Shown here one piece after another: positions 9,645 to 19,721 of a DNA stretch of 64,000 nucleotides. The DNA is taken from the NCBI GenBank assembly GCA_029245795.1, contig JAQWOP010000009.1, positions 11,725 to 75,724 of the forward strand, in the 5' to 3' direction. The DNA is from Hyphomicrobiales bacterium (GTDB lineage: Bacteria; Pseudomonadota; Alphaproteobacteria; Rhizobiales; TMED25). The position numbers and the translations under genes are program-made. Numbering within the stretch: position 1 is the first letter of the stretch; each line of letters begins with the position of its first letter. A model generated the notes under the pieces. It was given only the letters and a program-made list of their open reading frames with translations, was not told where the DNA came from and searched no databases.

Positions 9645-10502
9645 TTATTCTGCCATAGTCCATTTTCTTTTTCTTTTGGCACTAACTTCTTCCATTCTAG
9701 AATGCCTTCTCCAATAAATGACTTTGTAGTCCATATACTCCATTAGAGTAAATAAACTTAAGCCCATTAAAGACATAACAATAAGAGCAGCAAAACTACC
9801 ATCCATGTTAAGCCTGAAAGCAAATCTTTGCATTAATATCCCCACACCTTCTGATGCAGAGAAGAATTGTGCAACAACGGTTCCAATCAATGCACCAGTC
9901 ATTGCAAGTTTTAATCCAGCAATTATGATTGGTGTAGCAGTTGGAATTTGACACTTGATAAAGTATTGTCTTTTTGTTGCTCCAAGAGATCTAAATAACT
10001 CTGTAGCATCTTTATCAATGTGCAATAAACCAGTCAATGTGTTGATAAATGGTGGGAAGAAGCAAACAAGAGCTGCAAGAGCTATCTTTGAGCTATATCC
10101 AAAACCAAACCAAGCAATGATAAATGGAGTAACAGCAATACCTGGTGTTACATTGAATACCACTGCATAAGGGGCCCAATATCTTCTAAAGACAGGACTA
10201 ATAGCTGCAGAAATTGCTAAACCCATACCTATACTAACTCCTATAATGAAACCCATCACCGCTTCATACATTGTTATTATATAATGCCAATATATGGAAC
10301 CAGTCACAAAAAACATTTCATAAAGTCTATATGCAATTGATGTAGGGGCTGGCATGATAAGTTCATTAACATGTCCGAGTCTTGAGCCTAGTTCCCATCC
10401 ACCAAAAAGGATAATAAAAACTGACAAATGCATAAAAAGTTTTTTAGCTGGAGATAGTTCCTTAACTCCGGCTAGAACGCCGTCTGATCCTATATCACTC
10501 AT
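9645..10502 (-). CDS. ABC transporter permease (NitT/TauT-like binding-protein-dependent family)
   Basis: 285 aa, multiple TM segments. It carries the EAA-like region ELFRSLGATKRQYF and is a paralog of the upstream permease. Confidence 0.85.
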   Translation of the reverse strand: MSDIGSDGVLAGVKELSPAKKLFMHLSVFIILFGGWELGSRLGHVNELIMPAPTSIAYRLYEMFFVTGSIYWHYIITMYEAVMGFIIGVSIGMGLAISAAISPVFRRYWAPYAVVFNVTPGIAVTPFIIAWFGFGYSSKIALAALVCFFPPFINTLTGLLHIDKDATELFRSLGATKRQYFIKCQIPTATPIIIAGLKLAMTGALIGTVVAQFFSASEGVGILMQRFAFRLNMDGSFAALIVMSLMGLSLFTLMEYMDYKVIYWRRHSRMEEVSAKRKRKWTMAE

Positions 10503-11374
10503 ACGCTTATCTCCTTGTGAAATTTAATTTTTCTCTTTGCGCTTTTCTTTGTCATGAGATCATCACTTAACCAATATAGTACTTGCTTGTCTATAACTTC
10601 CATAGTTCTAAACAATAGAAAACCGTATAGAGTAATTGATAATAATCCAGCAAAAGCTGATGGCATATTAAGAGACATTGTATATCTTGCCATTAGAATA
10701 CCCATACCAGCTTGAGCAGAAATAAATTCTGCAACCAGAGCTCCACCGAAGGCAGAACCGACAGCTAGCTTCAAACCAGCATTCATAGTAGGCAGTGCAG
10801 TTGGGATCATCAGTCTCCAGAATACTTGTCTTCTAGTTGCACCAAGTGATCTAAATAGTTCATATGATTCTTCTTCAACACCCAACAATCCTGTAATTGT
10901 ATTAACAAATGGAGCAAAGAAACAAACAAGTGCTGCAAGTGCAACTTTTGAACTCATTCCAAAACCAAACCATGTAACAAATATAGGTCCTACAGCAATC
11001 CTAGGAGTTGCTTCGACAATAATAATATAAGGCTTTAAGAATTGTCTGAATGTATCACTTAATACCGCTGCAACAGCAAGTCCAATGCCGACTACACAAC
11101 CGATAAAGCAACCTAACATAGCTTCTTTGAATGTTACCCAGAGATGATACCAAACATTTCCTTGGGTTACATAAATTTTCCAAATTGAAGCAACCACTTC
11201 GGTAGGTCTTGGAAGAAGAAGAGGGTTACTAAAACCAGTCCTATTAGCCATTTCCCATATAAACATTAAAACAAAGAATATAATTGTATGTCTAATTACA
11301 GCACCACCGGTGCTTCCCTTATAATCGGCAGCTAGTTCAATATTACTAACTTGTGCTTCATTATCCATACTCAT
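10499..11374 (-). CDS. ABC transporter permease (NitT/TauT-like family), second distinct subunit
   Basis: 291 aa with ELFRSLGATRRQVF. There is a 4-nt overlap with each neighbouring gene, consistent with translational coupling. Confidence 0.85.
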   Translation of the reverse strand: MSMDNEAQVSNIELAADYKGSTGGAVIRHTIIFFVLMFIWEMANRTGFSNPLLLPRPTEVVASIWKIYVTQGNVWYHLWVTFKEAMLGCFIGCVVGIGLAVAAVLSDTFRQFLKPYIIIVEATPRIAVGPIFVTWFGFGMSSKVALAALVCFFAPFVNTITGLLGVEEESYELFRSLGATRRQVFWRLMIPTALPTMNAGLKLAVGSAFGGALVAEFISAQAGMGILMARYTMSLNMPSAFAGLLSITLYGFLLFRTMEVIDKQVLYWLSDDLMTKKSAKRKIKFHKEISV

Positions 11375-12144
11375 AGCGGTTGATCCTCTAAATGACTAGC
11401 AAGAACATCTCTTACTTGCTGAACATAAGCTTGGAACTCTGGTGTTGTTTCCAAGTCAATAGTTCTAGGTTTTGGAAGATCAATTTCAATTTGGGCTGCA
11501 ATTCTTCCTGGTCTAGGTGTCATTACAAACACCTGATCACCGAGGAATATTGCTTCACTTATATTATGTGTAACAAATACAGTTGTTATATTTGGATCAT
11601 CAACAATTTTAAGTAACTCAACATTCAATCTTTCACGGGTAAATTCATCCAAAGCTCCGAAAGGTTCGTCAAGAAGCATAATATCTGCTCCAGTTTGTAA
11701 CAGCCTTGCTAGAGCAACACGTTGTTGCATACCACCTGAAAGTTGCCTTGGGAAAGAAAATTCAAAATCTTGAAGACCAACTAAATGTAGGTGATCCCAA
11801 GCTTTCTTTTTTGCTTCAGGAGATACGGTTCCTCTTATTTCATCTGGCAAAAGAACATTTTCAATTGCAGTACGCCAATCTAAAAGTACTGCTTTTTGGA
11901 ACATCATGCCGATATCACTTCTAGGTCCGACAACCTCGGAATTCCTTACTAATAAGTCTCCATCTGTTTTTTCAATAAGACCAGATATAAGTCTTAATAG
12001 TGTTGATTTACCACATCCACTTGGTCCCACTAGAGAAATGAACGAACCACGAGGTATAGTAAATTTAGCGTCTTCAACAGCAATCACAGTTTCTGTGAAT
12101 TGCTTTCTGAGACCGTCTCCTTGAATGACTATGTCATCAGCCAT
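11371..12144 (-). CDS. ABC transporter ATP-binding protein
   Basis: Walker A GPSGCGKST, signature LSGGMQQRVALARLL, Walker B MLLDEPFGALD. Confidence 0.9.
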   Translation of the reverse strand: MADDIVIQGDGLRKQFTETVIAVEDAKFTIPRGSFISLVGPSGCGKSTLLRLISGLIEKTDGDLLVRNSEVVGPRSDIGMMFQKAVLLDWRTAIENVLLPDEIRGTVSPEAKKKAWDHLHLVGLQDFEFSFPRQLSGGMQQRVALARLLQTGADIMLLDEPFGALDEFTRERLNVELLKIVDDPNITTVFVTHNISEAIFLGDQVFVMTPRPGRIAAQIEIDLPKPRTIDLETTPEFQAYVQQVRDVLASHLEDQPL

Positions 12145-12453
12145 AATGAATTTCCTCCCATTATATATGCAGGTTTTGCATTAATTGATTATAATTATCA
12201 TTTTAAACAACGAATATTTAAAGTTACTTTTTAGCAATATTTTAATTAAAGTGAAAGAGAAAATTACATTTATATTAAAAAAAATTAATTAAAACATTTG
12301 ATTAGTTTGTTTTTTTAAAAAAAAATGTATTATTTGTGTATAACTATTCAAAAAAAATAAGGGTTTTTTTCCTATTAATTGAGTAAGTTATGCGATGTTA
12401 ATACATATATATTTTAGTATTTGGCATGAAATTTTAGAATTTAGGAGAAAAAG

Positions 12454-13023
12454 ATGAGACTAGAAAATTTAAGATATGAAGATATGAATAAAGAGCAAAA
12501 AAAAATACATGATGATATTTCTTCTGGGCCACGGGGAAGTGTTAGAGGTCCTCTCGCTGTATGGATGCACAGAGCAGGACTTGCGGACAAAGCTCAATCA
12601 CTTGGCGCATATTGTAGATATAATTCATCTTTGGAACCAATGCTCTCAGAATTTGCAATCTGCTTGATAGCAAGATTATGGGGAGCAGATTACGAATGGA
12701 GGGTTCATAGTAAAATAGCAATTGAGGCAGGCGTCAGTAGTAAAATTATTGATGAGATAAAATTAGGTAGGAAACCTGCTAAGCTAAGCAAAGAACAAAA
12801 TGCTATATATAATTTTACAATGCTTTTACACAAAGATAAAAAAGTTGATGATGATATTTATCATCAAACCGCAAAAATTCTTGGAGACGATAGGCTTGTG
12901 GATTTGGTGGGTGTACTGGGTTATTATACTTTGATATCGATGACAATAAATGTTTTTGGTGTGCAACATTTGGAATCAAAAAGCCCATATATGGATGTTT
13001 TGGAGAAAGATATTGAAATATAA
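12454..13023 (+). CDS. carboxymuconolactone decarboxylase (CMD/AhpD-like) family protein
   Basis: 189 aa. The pattern EFAICLIARLWGADYEWRVHSKIAIEAGVS is typical of the CMD family. Confidence 0.65.
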   Translation: MRLENLRYEDMNKEQKKIHDDISSGPRGSVRGPLAVWMHRAGLADKAQSLGAYCRYNSSLEPMLSEFAICLIARLWGADYEWRVHSKIAIEAGVSSKIIDEIKLGRKPAKLSKEQNAIYNFTMLLHKDKKVDDDIYHQTAKILGDDRLVDLVGVLGYYTLISMTINVFGVQHLESKSPYMDVLEKDIEI

Positions 13024-14050
13024 TGATTTTGGCAAGACTGGATTTAAAGTATCAGAAATTGGTCTTGGGGGTGCAGGAATCGGTCATGCATGGGGAAAAA
13101 CTACTGATGAAGAATGCAATGCGCTTATAAAATTAGCCTTAGATAATGGCATAAATTTTTTTGATACATCTCCTATCTATGGTAATGGAAAATCTGAGTT
13201 TAATATTGGGAAAGAATTCCAAAATATTAATTCCTCAGATAGAGAGAAGATATTTTTAGCTTCGAAAATTAGATTTAATAATAATCATGAGCTAGATAAT
13301 ATGGAAGCTTATATCTCCGCTTCTGTGGAGAGGAGTTTAAAAAGACTCAAAGTCGAATATATCGATCTAATTCAAATCCATCATCAAGTAGGAAAGAGCA
13401 GAGGCAGCTATAAATTTAGAGATGCTCCACCAGAATTTGCTCCTTTGCTGAATTATGATGATTGTATTTTGTTTGCTGAAATAATGGATAAATTCAAAAA
13501 GAACGGGAAAGTAAGATTTATTGGATTAACTGGTTGGAATGGTGATTTGATTACATGTGGAAGATTAATTAATAGTGAGGAATTTTCAACAATACAAATT
13601 TTATATAATGTATTAAATCAATCTGCTGATGGTTTGCCTCCAATTGGAAATGATAGTGATCAGGGTAGTGGGATAATTGAAAATAATCCAAATATATTAA
13701 ATCAATCTCAGTTAAGCAAAGTTGGAGTTATAGGCATACGATCGCACGCCGCTGGATCAATAGTGGAGGTTCTTGATAGAGAGGTTGATAAACAAACAGA
13801 ATTTTATACTACACACATAAAAGCATTAGAACTTAGAAAAATAGCAAATAAGTATGGTATTAATATATCTGAACTTGCTCTTTTATTTTGTATAAGAAAT
13901 AAAAAAATTAGCACGACAGTTCCAGGTGTAAAGAATAGAATGGAATTACAGGAGTCATTAAATTTAATCAATAAATCGATTGGATATGAGATTATTGAAG
14001 AAATTAGAAATTGGTACAAAGGTTCAATATCTCAACATCTACTCAAATGA
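13013..14050 (+). CDS. aldo/keto reductase
   Basis: The N-terminus (M)KYNDFGKTGFKVSEIGLGG is a textbook AKR start. GGAG at 13002-13005 lies 7 nt upstream of TTG 13013. Alternative starts are ATG 12995 or the track start 12950. Confidence 0.8.
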   Translation: MKYNDFGKTGFKVSEIGLGGAGIGHAWGKTTDEECNALIKLALDNGINFFDTSPIYGNGKSEFNIGKEFQNINSSDREKIFLASKIRFNNNHELDNMEAYISASVERSLKRLKVEYIDLIQIHHQVGKSRGSYKFRDAPPEFAPLLNYDDCILFAEIMDKFKKNGKVRFIGLTGWNGDLITCGRLINSEEFSTIQILYNVLNQSADGLPPIGNDSDQGSGIIENNPNILNQSQLSKVGVIGIRSHAAGSIVEVLDREVDKQTEFYTTHIKALELRKIANKYGINISELALLFCIRNKKISTTVPGVKNRMELQESLNLINKSIGYEIIEEIRNWYKGSISQHLLK

Positions 14051-14142
14051 AGAAATATTGAAAAATATAACTCTTTTATTTTTTAAATTATAATATATAA
14101 ATAATATTCGCCTATGCGAGAAATAATTGAGGTAAATTACTA

Positions 14143-14415
14143 ATGGCAAAAGAAGAATTGCTTGAACTAGATGGAATCGTTACAGATGTGCTTCCTGATG
14201 CTCGTTTCAGGGTTAAGTTGGATAATGAGCACGAAATAGTCGCGTATACAGCTGGAAAAATGAAGAAACATAGAATCAGAACTCTCATTGGAGACAGAGT
14301 TACAGTTGAAATGACGCCTTATGATCTAGATAAAGGTAGAATCACTTTTAGACACAAAGATGAAAAAGCTCCAGCCACAAGATCTCAAGCGAGAAAAAAT
14401 TTTAGAAGAAGATAA
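14143..14415 (+). CDS. infA: translation initiation factor IF-1
   Basis: [46 protein letters not shown]...GRITFR matches IF-1. It carries an extra basic C-terminal tail. Confidence 0.92.
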   Translation: MAKEELLELDGIVTDVLPDARFRVKLDNEHEIVAYTAGKMKKHRIRTLIGDRVTVEMTPYDLDKGRITFRHKDEKAPATRSQARKNFRRR

Positions 14416-14468
14416 TTTCTTTTCTAATATTCCTATAGATACATTGAAGTTTATTGTATCTGTAAATT

Positions 14469-15350
14469 CTAATTTTCATAATTTGCTAAAACGACTGCAA
14501 TCATAACACATAAAAAACCAAATAGTATTTTAGATGACACAGGCTCATGTAAGATTATTGCCCCTAAAATAATTGCACTTAAAGGATTAAAACCAACGGT
14601 CATTGTAATACCTGTTGGAGTTGACATATTTATAGATGCCATAAATAGGGACACCATTATCGCGGCACCGGGTATTGCCAGTATTAATAATACAAGCCAT
14701 TGAGTTGTATCAAATGATAAAGAACCTCCAAGAGGGTTTCCAAAAAATAATGCTAAAATCATCATCATTGAGGAGCCAATGAACATTGGCCAGGCTGTGA
14801 AGGTAAATGCCCCATATTTTTTTATTAGTCTACCAGCGTTTAAGACATACAATGAATTACAAAAAGCTGCCAAAAACATTAAAAAATCACCTTTTAAAGC
14901 ATTAGGCGCAAGGTCACCAATATTATCACTTAATGTCACAGTGATACCCGTTATAGCTACAAATATTGCTATAATCTTTAATAAACTTGTTTTTTCTATA
15001 CCTAAAATTGATCCTAATATTAGTGTGATGACTGGCTGAGATGTAAATACAATTGCCCCTCTTGCAGCAGTTGTATTTTCTAATCCTGAAGCAAAAGACC
15101 ATGGAAATGCAACATAAAAAACAAAGGATAGTAAAATAATTGGCATCCAGTCAATTAATTCAAGTGGTTTATTTTTTTTTAAGATGAATAGAAGAGAGAG
15201 CAATACTAGTGCACCTATCCCATATCTAATACCAGGTAATGAAAATGGGTCACTATCAGGCATTAAATATCTTGTAAGGACAACAGTTGTCCCTCCAATA
15301 GTTGCTGATATTGATGCCATCACTGCACCTAAGTAACTTTTTCTAATCAT
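14469..15350 (-). CDS. EamA/DMT-superfamily transporter
   Basis: 293 aa, about 10 hydrophobic segments, with the two-repeat architecture typical of EamA. Confidence 0.7.
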   Translation of the reverse strand: MIRKSYLGAVMASISATIGGTTVVLTRYLMPDSDPFSLPGIRYGIGALVLLSLLFILKKNKPLELIDWMPIILLSFVFYVAFPWSFASGLENTTAARGAIVFTSQPVITLILGSILGIEKTSLLKIIAIFVAITGITVTLSDNIGDLAPNALKGDFLMFLAAFCNSLYVLNAGRLIKKYGAFTFTAWPMFIGSSMMMILALFFGNPLGGSLSFDTTQWLVLLILAIPGAAIMVSLFMASINMSTPTGITMTVGFNPLSAIILGAIILHEPVSSKILFGFLCVMIAVVLANYEN

Positions 15351-15380
15351 ATTTTTGATAATTACATAAAAAGGCAGAAA

Positions 15381-16799
15381 TTAGAGGATTTTGCCAGGGT
15401 TAATAATATTTTTTGGATCTAATAAAGCTTTAATATCTTTCATGATTTCTAATTCAACTTTATCTTTATACTTTAGCATTTGTTTCTTTTTTATAATACC
15501 AACGCCATGTTCTGCTGCAAAACTTCCACCTAAGCTATTAACATTACTGTAAACTATTTCACGAATATCAGAAGTTTTGTCTTTGAATAGTTGTTCGGGG
15601 TAATCAATTGGTGGACAAACATTAAAATGGATATTCCCATCTCCTATATGTCCATATGGAACAGGTCTTATATTTGGAATATATTCTCTTAATTTTTCAA
15701 TAGTAGTTTGAATAAATTCTGGCACTGATGAGATTGGGACTGATACATCATGCTTTATCTCACCACCAAGTTTCGGTTGATGTTCAACAATTGCTTTTCT
15801 AATTTTCCAGATATTATTTGTTTGTGAGATTGAATTTGCTATTACCGCATCTAAAACAATTCCTTGAGTAATGCTATGTTGAAGAGATTCCTGTAATATA
15901 TCATGAGCATTATTATTATTCTTTGTATCAGAAAATTCTATTATCACATTCCATTGTTCCCTATTCTTGAGAGGTTCGGTTATGTTATCTCCATATTCTG
16001 TTGCGATGTGAAGCCCAATAGCGGGTATTAATTCATACGAAGTTAAAAGATCACCAGAAAATTCTTTCAATATTTCAAGTAGTTTTATAGCTGAATCTAG
16101 GTCTTTTAATGACGCAAATCCTGTGACCTTATTCTCAATCTTTGGAAAGAGTCTTAGGCTTGCAGCAGTAATTATCCCAAGAGTTCCCTCTGCTCCCATA
16201 AAAATATGTTTTATAGCGTAACCTGTATTATCTTTTCTTAATCTTTTAAGGCTATTTAGGATACGACCATCTGCAAGGACCACTTCTATACCCAAAACTA
16301 AATCTCTCATATTACCATATTTTAAAACTGATATTCCACCTGCATTTGTTGAGATATTTCCACCGATAGTGCAAGAGCCTTCTGAACCAATGCTCAACGG
16401 AAAAAATCTTGACGCATTTTTAGCTGCTTCCTGAATTTGACTCAATATACAGCCTGATTGAACTGTAATGGTATAGTCATTTGGGTTAATTTCTATTATT
16501 TTATTCATTTTCTTCAAACTTAAAATAATTTCACCATTTGGAATGCCAGCAGCAACAGATCCCGTGTTACCTCCTTGAGGTACGATTGCAATATTTTCAT
16601 TTGAACATAATTTAGCAATTTGTGATATTTGTTCTTTATTCCTAGGAGTGATCATGAGAGGTGAATTTCCATGAAAATTCCCAACCCAATCAATTAAATG
16701 AGGTCCAATTGTATTTTGGTCGGTGATAATATCTCTCTCATCAATAATTCTACTAAGCTTATTGACGAAGGGTTTTAATTGCTTTTTTAATAGCTTCAT
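15381..16799 (-). CDS. FAD-linked oxidase (GlcD / D-lactate or D-2-hydroxyacid dehydrogenase family)
   Basis: 472 aa. PCMH-type FAD-binding region (IVPQGGNTGSVAAG) and a C-terminal AEHGVG motif. Confidence 0.8.
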   Translation of the reverse strand: MKLLKKQLKPFVNKLSRIIDERDIITDQNTIGPHLIDWVGNFHGNSPLMITPRNKEQISQIAKLCSNENIAIVPQGGNTGSVAAGIPNGEIILSLKKMNKIIEINPNDYTITVQSGCILSQIQEAAKNASRFFPLSIGSEGSCTIGGNISTNAGGISVLKYGNMRDLVLGIEVVLADGRILNSLKRLRKDNTGYAIKHIFMGAEGTLGIITAASLRLFPKIENKVTGFASLKDLDSAIKLLEILKEFSGDLLTSYELIPAIGLHIATEYGDNITEPLKNREQWNVIIEFSDTKNNNNAHDILQESLQHSITQGIVLDAVIANSISQTNNIWKIRKAIVEHQPKLGGEIKHDVSVPISSVPEFIQTTIEKLREYIPNIRPVPYGHIGDGNIHFNVCPPIDYPEQLFKDKTSDIREIVYSNVNSLGGSFAAEHGVGIIKKKQMLKYKDKVELEIMKDIKALLDPKNIINPGKIL

Positions 16800-16822
16800 T
16801 TTCCATATATATGAATTTTAAG

Positions 16823-16898
16823 TGGTGCCGGCTGAGAGATTTGAACTCCCGACCTACTGATTACAAATCAGCCGCTCTACCAACTGAGCTAAGCCGGC
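16823..16898 (-). tRNA. tRNA-Thr (anticodon UGU)
   Basis: The reverse complement folds as a cloverleaf: acceptor GCCGGCT/AGCCGGC, anticodon loop UUUGUAA, T-arm GGGAGTTCAAATCTCTC, encoded CCA. Confidence 0.9.
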
Positions 16899-17033
16899 AC
16901 AAGATTGAAAATTATTTTAATATTTAAATCAAAAAAATAAATATTGAAAGCAAATTATTGAGTAATAGTCTTTTAAAATATAAATATGATATATTTTTAC
17001 GAATAATAATTCTATTCTTAGATATAGAAATAT

Positions 17034-17759
17034 TTAATTATGGGTTGTAATTTTATCTAAAACAATTCCAATTGCCACTGATACATTAAGACTTTTAATA
17101 TTTCCGATTGTGTCTAATTTATAAATTCCATGACATTTATTCTTTGTAAGATTTCTTATCCCCTTTCCTTCATCGCCAAAAATTAAAACTATCTTATCAT
17201 CTGCCCCAAAATTCATTTCATTGATGTTTGATAACCCATCACTATCAAACCCAATTAACCAGAAATTATTTTTTTTTAAGAATTCAAGAATATTGGAAAG
17301 GTTTGAGGAGGTTATAATATTAGTATATTCAATTCCACCGGAAGAAGATTTGGCAATTAGCCCTTCATCAAGTTGATCAAATCTATTTGTTGATATGACC
17401 GTAGTAAAATCATAGGCTGCGCATGTTCTCAGTATTGCTCCTATATTTCTTGGATCAGATATATTGTCCAATAATATTATTTTTTGTATATTTTTTATAT
17501 TTATATTATTAATTGTGTTTAATTTCTTTTGTTCACAAATTAATACTATGCCTTGATGGACAGAGCCTGGGGAAAGCTGAGAATTTAATTTTTTTGTTGT
17601 TACTATTTCATGAACGAATTTATCAAGGTTTATAGATGTTTTATTTATAATTTTTTTTCGAGCATTTTCAGTTATTAATATTTTTGATATTTTCCGATCT
17701 GGATTAGCTAAAGCATGAATGGCTGCATGAAAACCATATAATTTTATAAATTTATTCAT
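17034..17759 (-). CDS. TrmH/SpoU-family RNA 2'-O-methyltransferase (RlmB-like)
   Basis: 241 aa. The C-terminal SpoU methylase pattern is DPRNIGAILRTCAAY, LIFGDEGKGI, SLNVSVAIGI. Confidence 0.75.
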   Translation of the reverse strand: MNKFIKLYGFHAAIHALANPDRKISKILITENARKKIINKTSINLDKFVHEIVTTKKLNSQLSPGSVHQGIVLICEQKKLNTINNINIKNIQKIILLDNISDPRNIGAILRTCAAYDFTTVISTNRFDQLDEGLIAKSSSGGIEYTNIITSSNLSNILEFLKKNNFWLIGFDSDGLSNINEMNFGADDKIVLIFGDEGKGIRNLTKNKCHGIYKLDTIGNIKSLNVSVAIGIVLDKITTHN

Positions 17760-17860
17760 AACAAATGATTCCCTCTAGATTTTTATATATCTTTGGTGTA
17801 AACGTGTATAGTAATTATTATAAATTATGATTTATAATGTAAAATAAGGGCGTTGCGCAT

Positions 17861-17945
17861 GGAGGGGTGCCCGAGTGGTTAAAGGGGACGGGCTGTAAAC
17901 CCGTTGGCTTAGCCTACGTTGGTTCAAATCCAACCCCCTCCACCA
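17861..17945 (+). tRNA. tRNA-Tyr (anticodon GUA)
   Basis: Acceptor GGAGGGG/CCCCTCC, anticodon loop CUGUAAA, long variable arm, T-arm GTTGGTTCAAATCCAAC, encoded CCA. Confidence 0.9.
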
Positions 17946-17964
17946 TTTTTATAAATGGCAGAAT

Positions 17965-18038
17965 GCGGGTGTAGCTCAAAGGTAGAGCAGCAGCCTTCCA
18001 AGCTGAGGACGAGGGTTCGATTCCCTTCACCCGCTCCA
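17965..18038 (+). tRNA. tRNA-Gly (anticodon UCC)
   Basis: Acceptor GCGGGTG/CACCCGC, anticodon loop CUUCCAA, T-arm GAGGGTTCGATTCCCTT, encoded CCA. Confidence 0.9.
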
Positions 18039-18175
18039 TTAATAAAAATAATAGGTTATGTGATTTTTTTGTAGATTTTTTGAAATATTCAAACTATATA
18101 TGTAGATATTCAATTATATGTAATAAAAACTCATATAAAGTATGATTTTAAAAAACTATTAAGGTAGGAATTAAT

Positions 18176-19366
18176 ATGGCTAAAGAAAAGTTTGATCGCA
18201 GTAAACCTCATTGTAATATCGGGACGATCGGTCACGTTGATCACGGGAAAACAACATTAACTGCTGCAATTACAAAAGTATTATCAGAATCTGGTGGTGC
18301 AGAATTTTCTGCATATGACGCAATTGATAAAGCTCCTGAAGAAAAAGCTAGAGGTATTACGATATCAACTGCGCATGTTGAGTATACGACGGAAGGCCGT
18401 CATTATGCTCACGTTGATTGTCCTGGACATGCCGACTATGTTAAAAATATGATCACAGGTGCTGCTCAAATGGATGGAGCTATCTTAGTTGTGAATGCAG
18501 CCGATGGCCCAATGCCACAAACAAGGGAACATATATTGCTCGCAAGACAAGTTGGGGTTCCAGCTCTTGTGGTTTATTTGAACAAAGTTGATCAAGTTGA
18601 TGATGACGAGTTACTTGACTTGGTTGAAATGGAAGTTAGAGAATTATTAAGTAAATATGAATTTCCTGGAGATGATATTCCTATCGTAAAGGGTTCAGCC
18701 TTAGCGGCCTTAGAAGGAAAAAATGATGAAATTGGGAAGAATTCTATATTGGAGCTAATGGCAGCTGTAGATTCCTATATACCTCAGCCTGATAGGCCAA
18801 AAGATCAACCATTCCTTATGCCAATTGAAGATGTTTTTTCTATTTCAGGAAGAGGAACGGTTGTAACAGGAAGAGTTGAGCGTGGTATTATAAATGTTGG
18901 TGAAGAAATAGAAATTGTTGGCATTAAAGAAACCGCAAAAACAACTTGCACAGGCGTTGAAATGTTTAGAAAGCTTCTTGATCAAGGAGAGGCAGGAGAT
19001 AATGTAGGTGTCTTATTGAGAGGTACGAAAAGAGAAGAAGTCGAAAGAGGGCAAGTTCTTGCAAAACCTGGATCAATAACTCCACATGCTAAATTTAAGG
19101 CAAATGCCTATATTTTAACAAAAGATGAGGGTGGAAGGCATACTCCTTTCTTTAAAAATTATAGACCTCAATTCTATTTCCGTACAACAGATGTTACAGG
19201 AATTGTTTCTTTACCAGAGGGCACCGAAATGGTGATGCCTGGCGATAATATAGAAATGGATGTTGAGTTAATTAATCCTATCGGAATGGAAGAAAATTTG
19301 AGATTCGCTATTCGAGAAGGTGGTAGAACTGTCGGTGCAGGCGTTGTGTCGAAAATAGTTAAATAG
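18176..19366 (+). CDS. tuf: elongation factor Tu
   Basis: Unambiguous EF-Tu sequence ([22 protein letters not shown]). Confidence 0.98.
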   Translation: MAKEKFDRSKPHCNIGTIGHVDHGKTTLTAAITKVLSESGGAEFSAYDAIDKAPEEKARGITISTAHVEYTTEGRHYAHVDCPGHADYVKNMITGAAQMDGAILVVNAADGPMPQTREHILLARQVGVPALVVYLNKVDQVDDDELLDLVEMEVRELLSKYEFPGDDIPIVKGSALAALEGKNDEIGKNSILELMAAVDSYIPQPDRPKDQPFLMPIEDVFSISGRGTVVTGRVERGIINVGEEIEIVGIKETAKTTCTGVEMFRKLLDQGEAGDNVGVLLRGTKREEVERGQVLAKPGSITPHAKFKANAYILTKDEGGRHTPFFKNYRPQFYFRTTDVTGIVSLPEGTEMVMPGDNIEMDVELINPIGMEENLRFAIREGGRTVGAGVVSKIVK

Positions 19367-19403
19367 GAAGCAAAGACTGGCACTCCAGCCATCTCAATCA
19401 TAC

Positions 19404-19479
19404 AGGAGTGTAGCTCAACTGGCAGAGCGTCGGTCTCCAAAACCGAAGGTTGGGGGTTCGACTCCCTCCACTCCTGCCA
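19404..19479 (+). tRNA. tRNA-Trp (anticodon CCA)
   Basis: Acceptor AGGAGTG/CACTCCT, anticodon loop CUCCAAA, T-arm GGGGGTTCGACTCCCTC, encoded CCA. Confidence 0.9.
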
Positions 19480-19508
19480 GTAAGATACATTGTAAGCTAG
19501 ATTTAAGA

Positions 19509-19715
19509 ATGAATTCTATGATAAAATTGAAACCTATTAAATATATACAAGAGATTAAGACCGAAATTAGTAAGGTGACTTGGCCAACTAAGCGTGAAAC
19601 ATCTGTAACATCTATTATGGTTCTTATATTTGTATTCATTGCCGCAATTTTCTTCTTAATATCAGACCGGATTCTTAGTTGGGTTGTGTCATTAATATTA
19701 GGTATTGGAGGATAG
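19509..19715 (+). CDS. secE: preprotein translocase subunit SecE
   Basis: 68 aa. KVTWPTKRET followed by a single TM helix, in the conserved position between tRNA-Trp and nusG. Confidence 0.85.
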   Translation: MNSMIKLKPIKYIQEIKTEISKVTWPTKRETSVTSIMVLIFVFIAAIFFLISDRILSWVVSLILGIGG

Positions 19716-19721
19716 TCTGTC

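Noticed and set aside
12950-13012. Upstream extension of the aldo/keto reductase ORF, overlapping the CMD gene by 74 nt.
   Set aside because: The extension (MFLVCNIWNQKAHIWMFWRKI) has no AKR similarity. The canonical AKR N-terminus begins at (M)KYNDFGKTG, where TTG 13013 is preceded by GGAG. ATG 12995 remains a possible alternative start.
17833-17860. TATAAT hexamer (17833-17838) followed by a GC-rich GGGCGTTGCGC stretch just upstream of tRNA-Tyr, resembling a stable-RNA promoter with a GC discriminator.
   Set aside because: There is no acceptable -35 element at 16-18 nt spacing, and TATAAT is expected by chance in this composition. It is plausible but not supportable as a feature.
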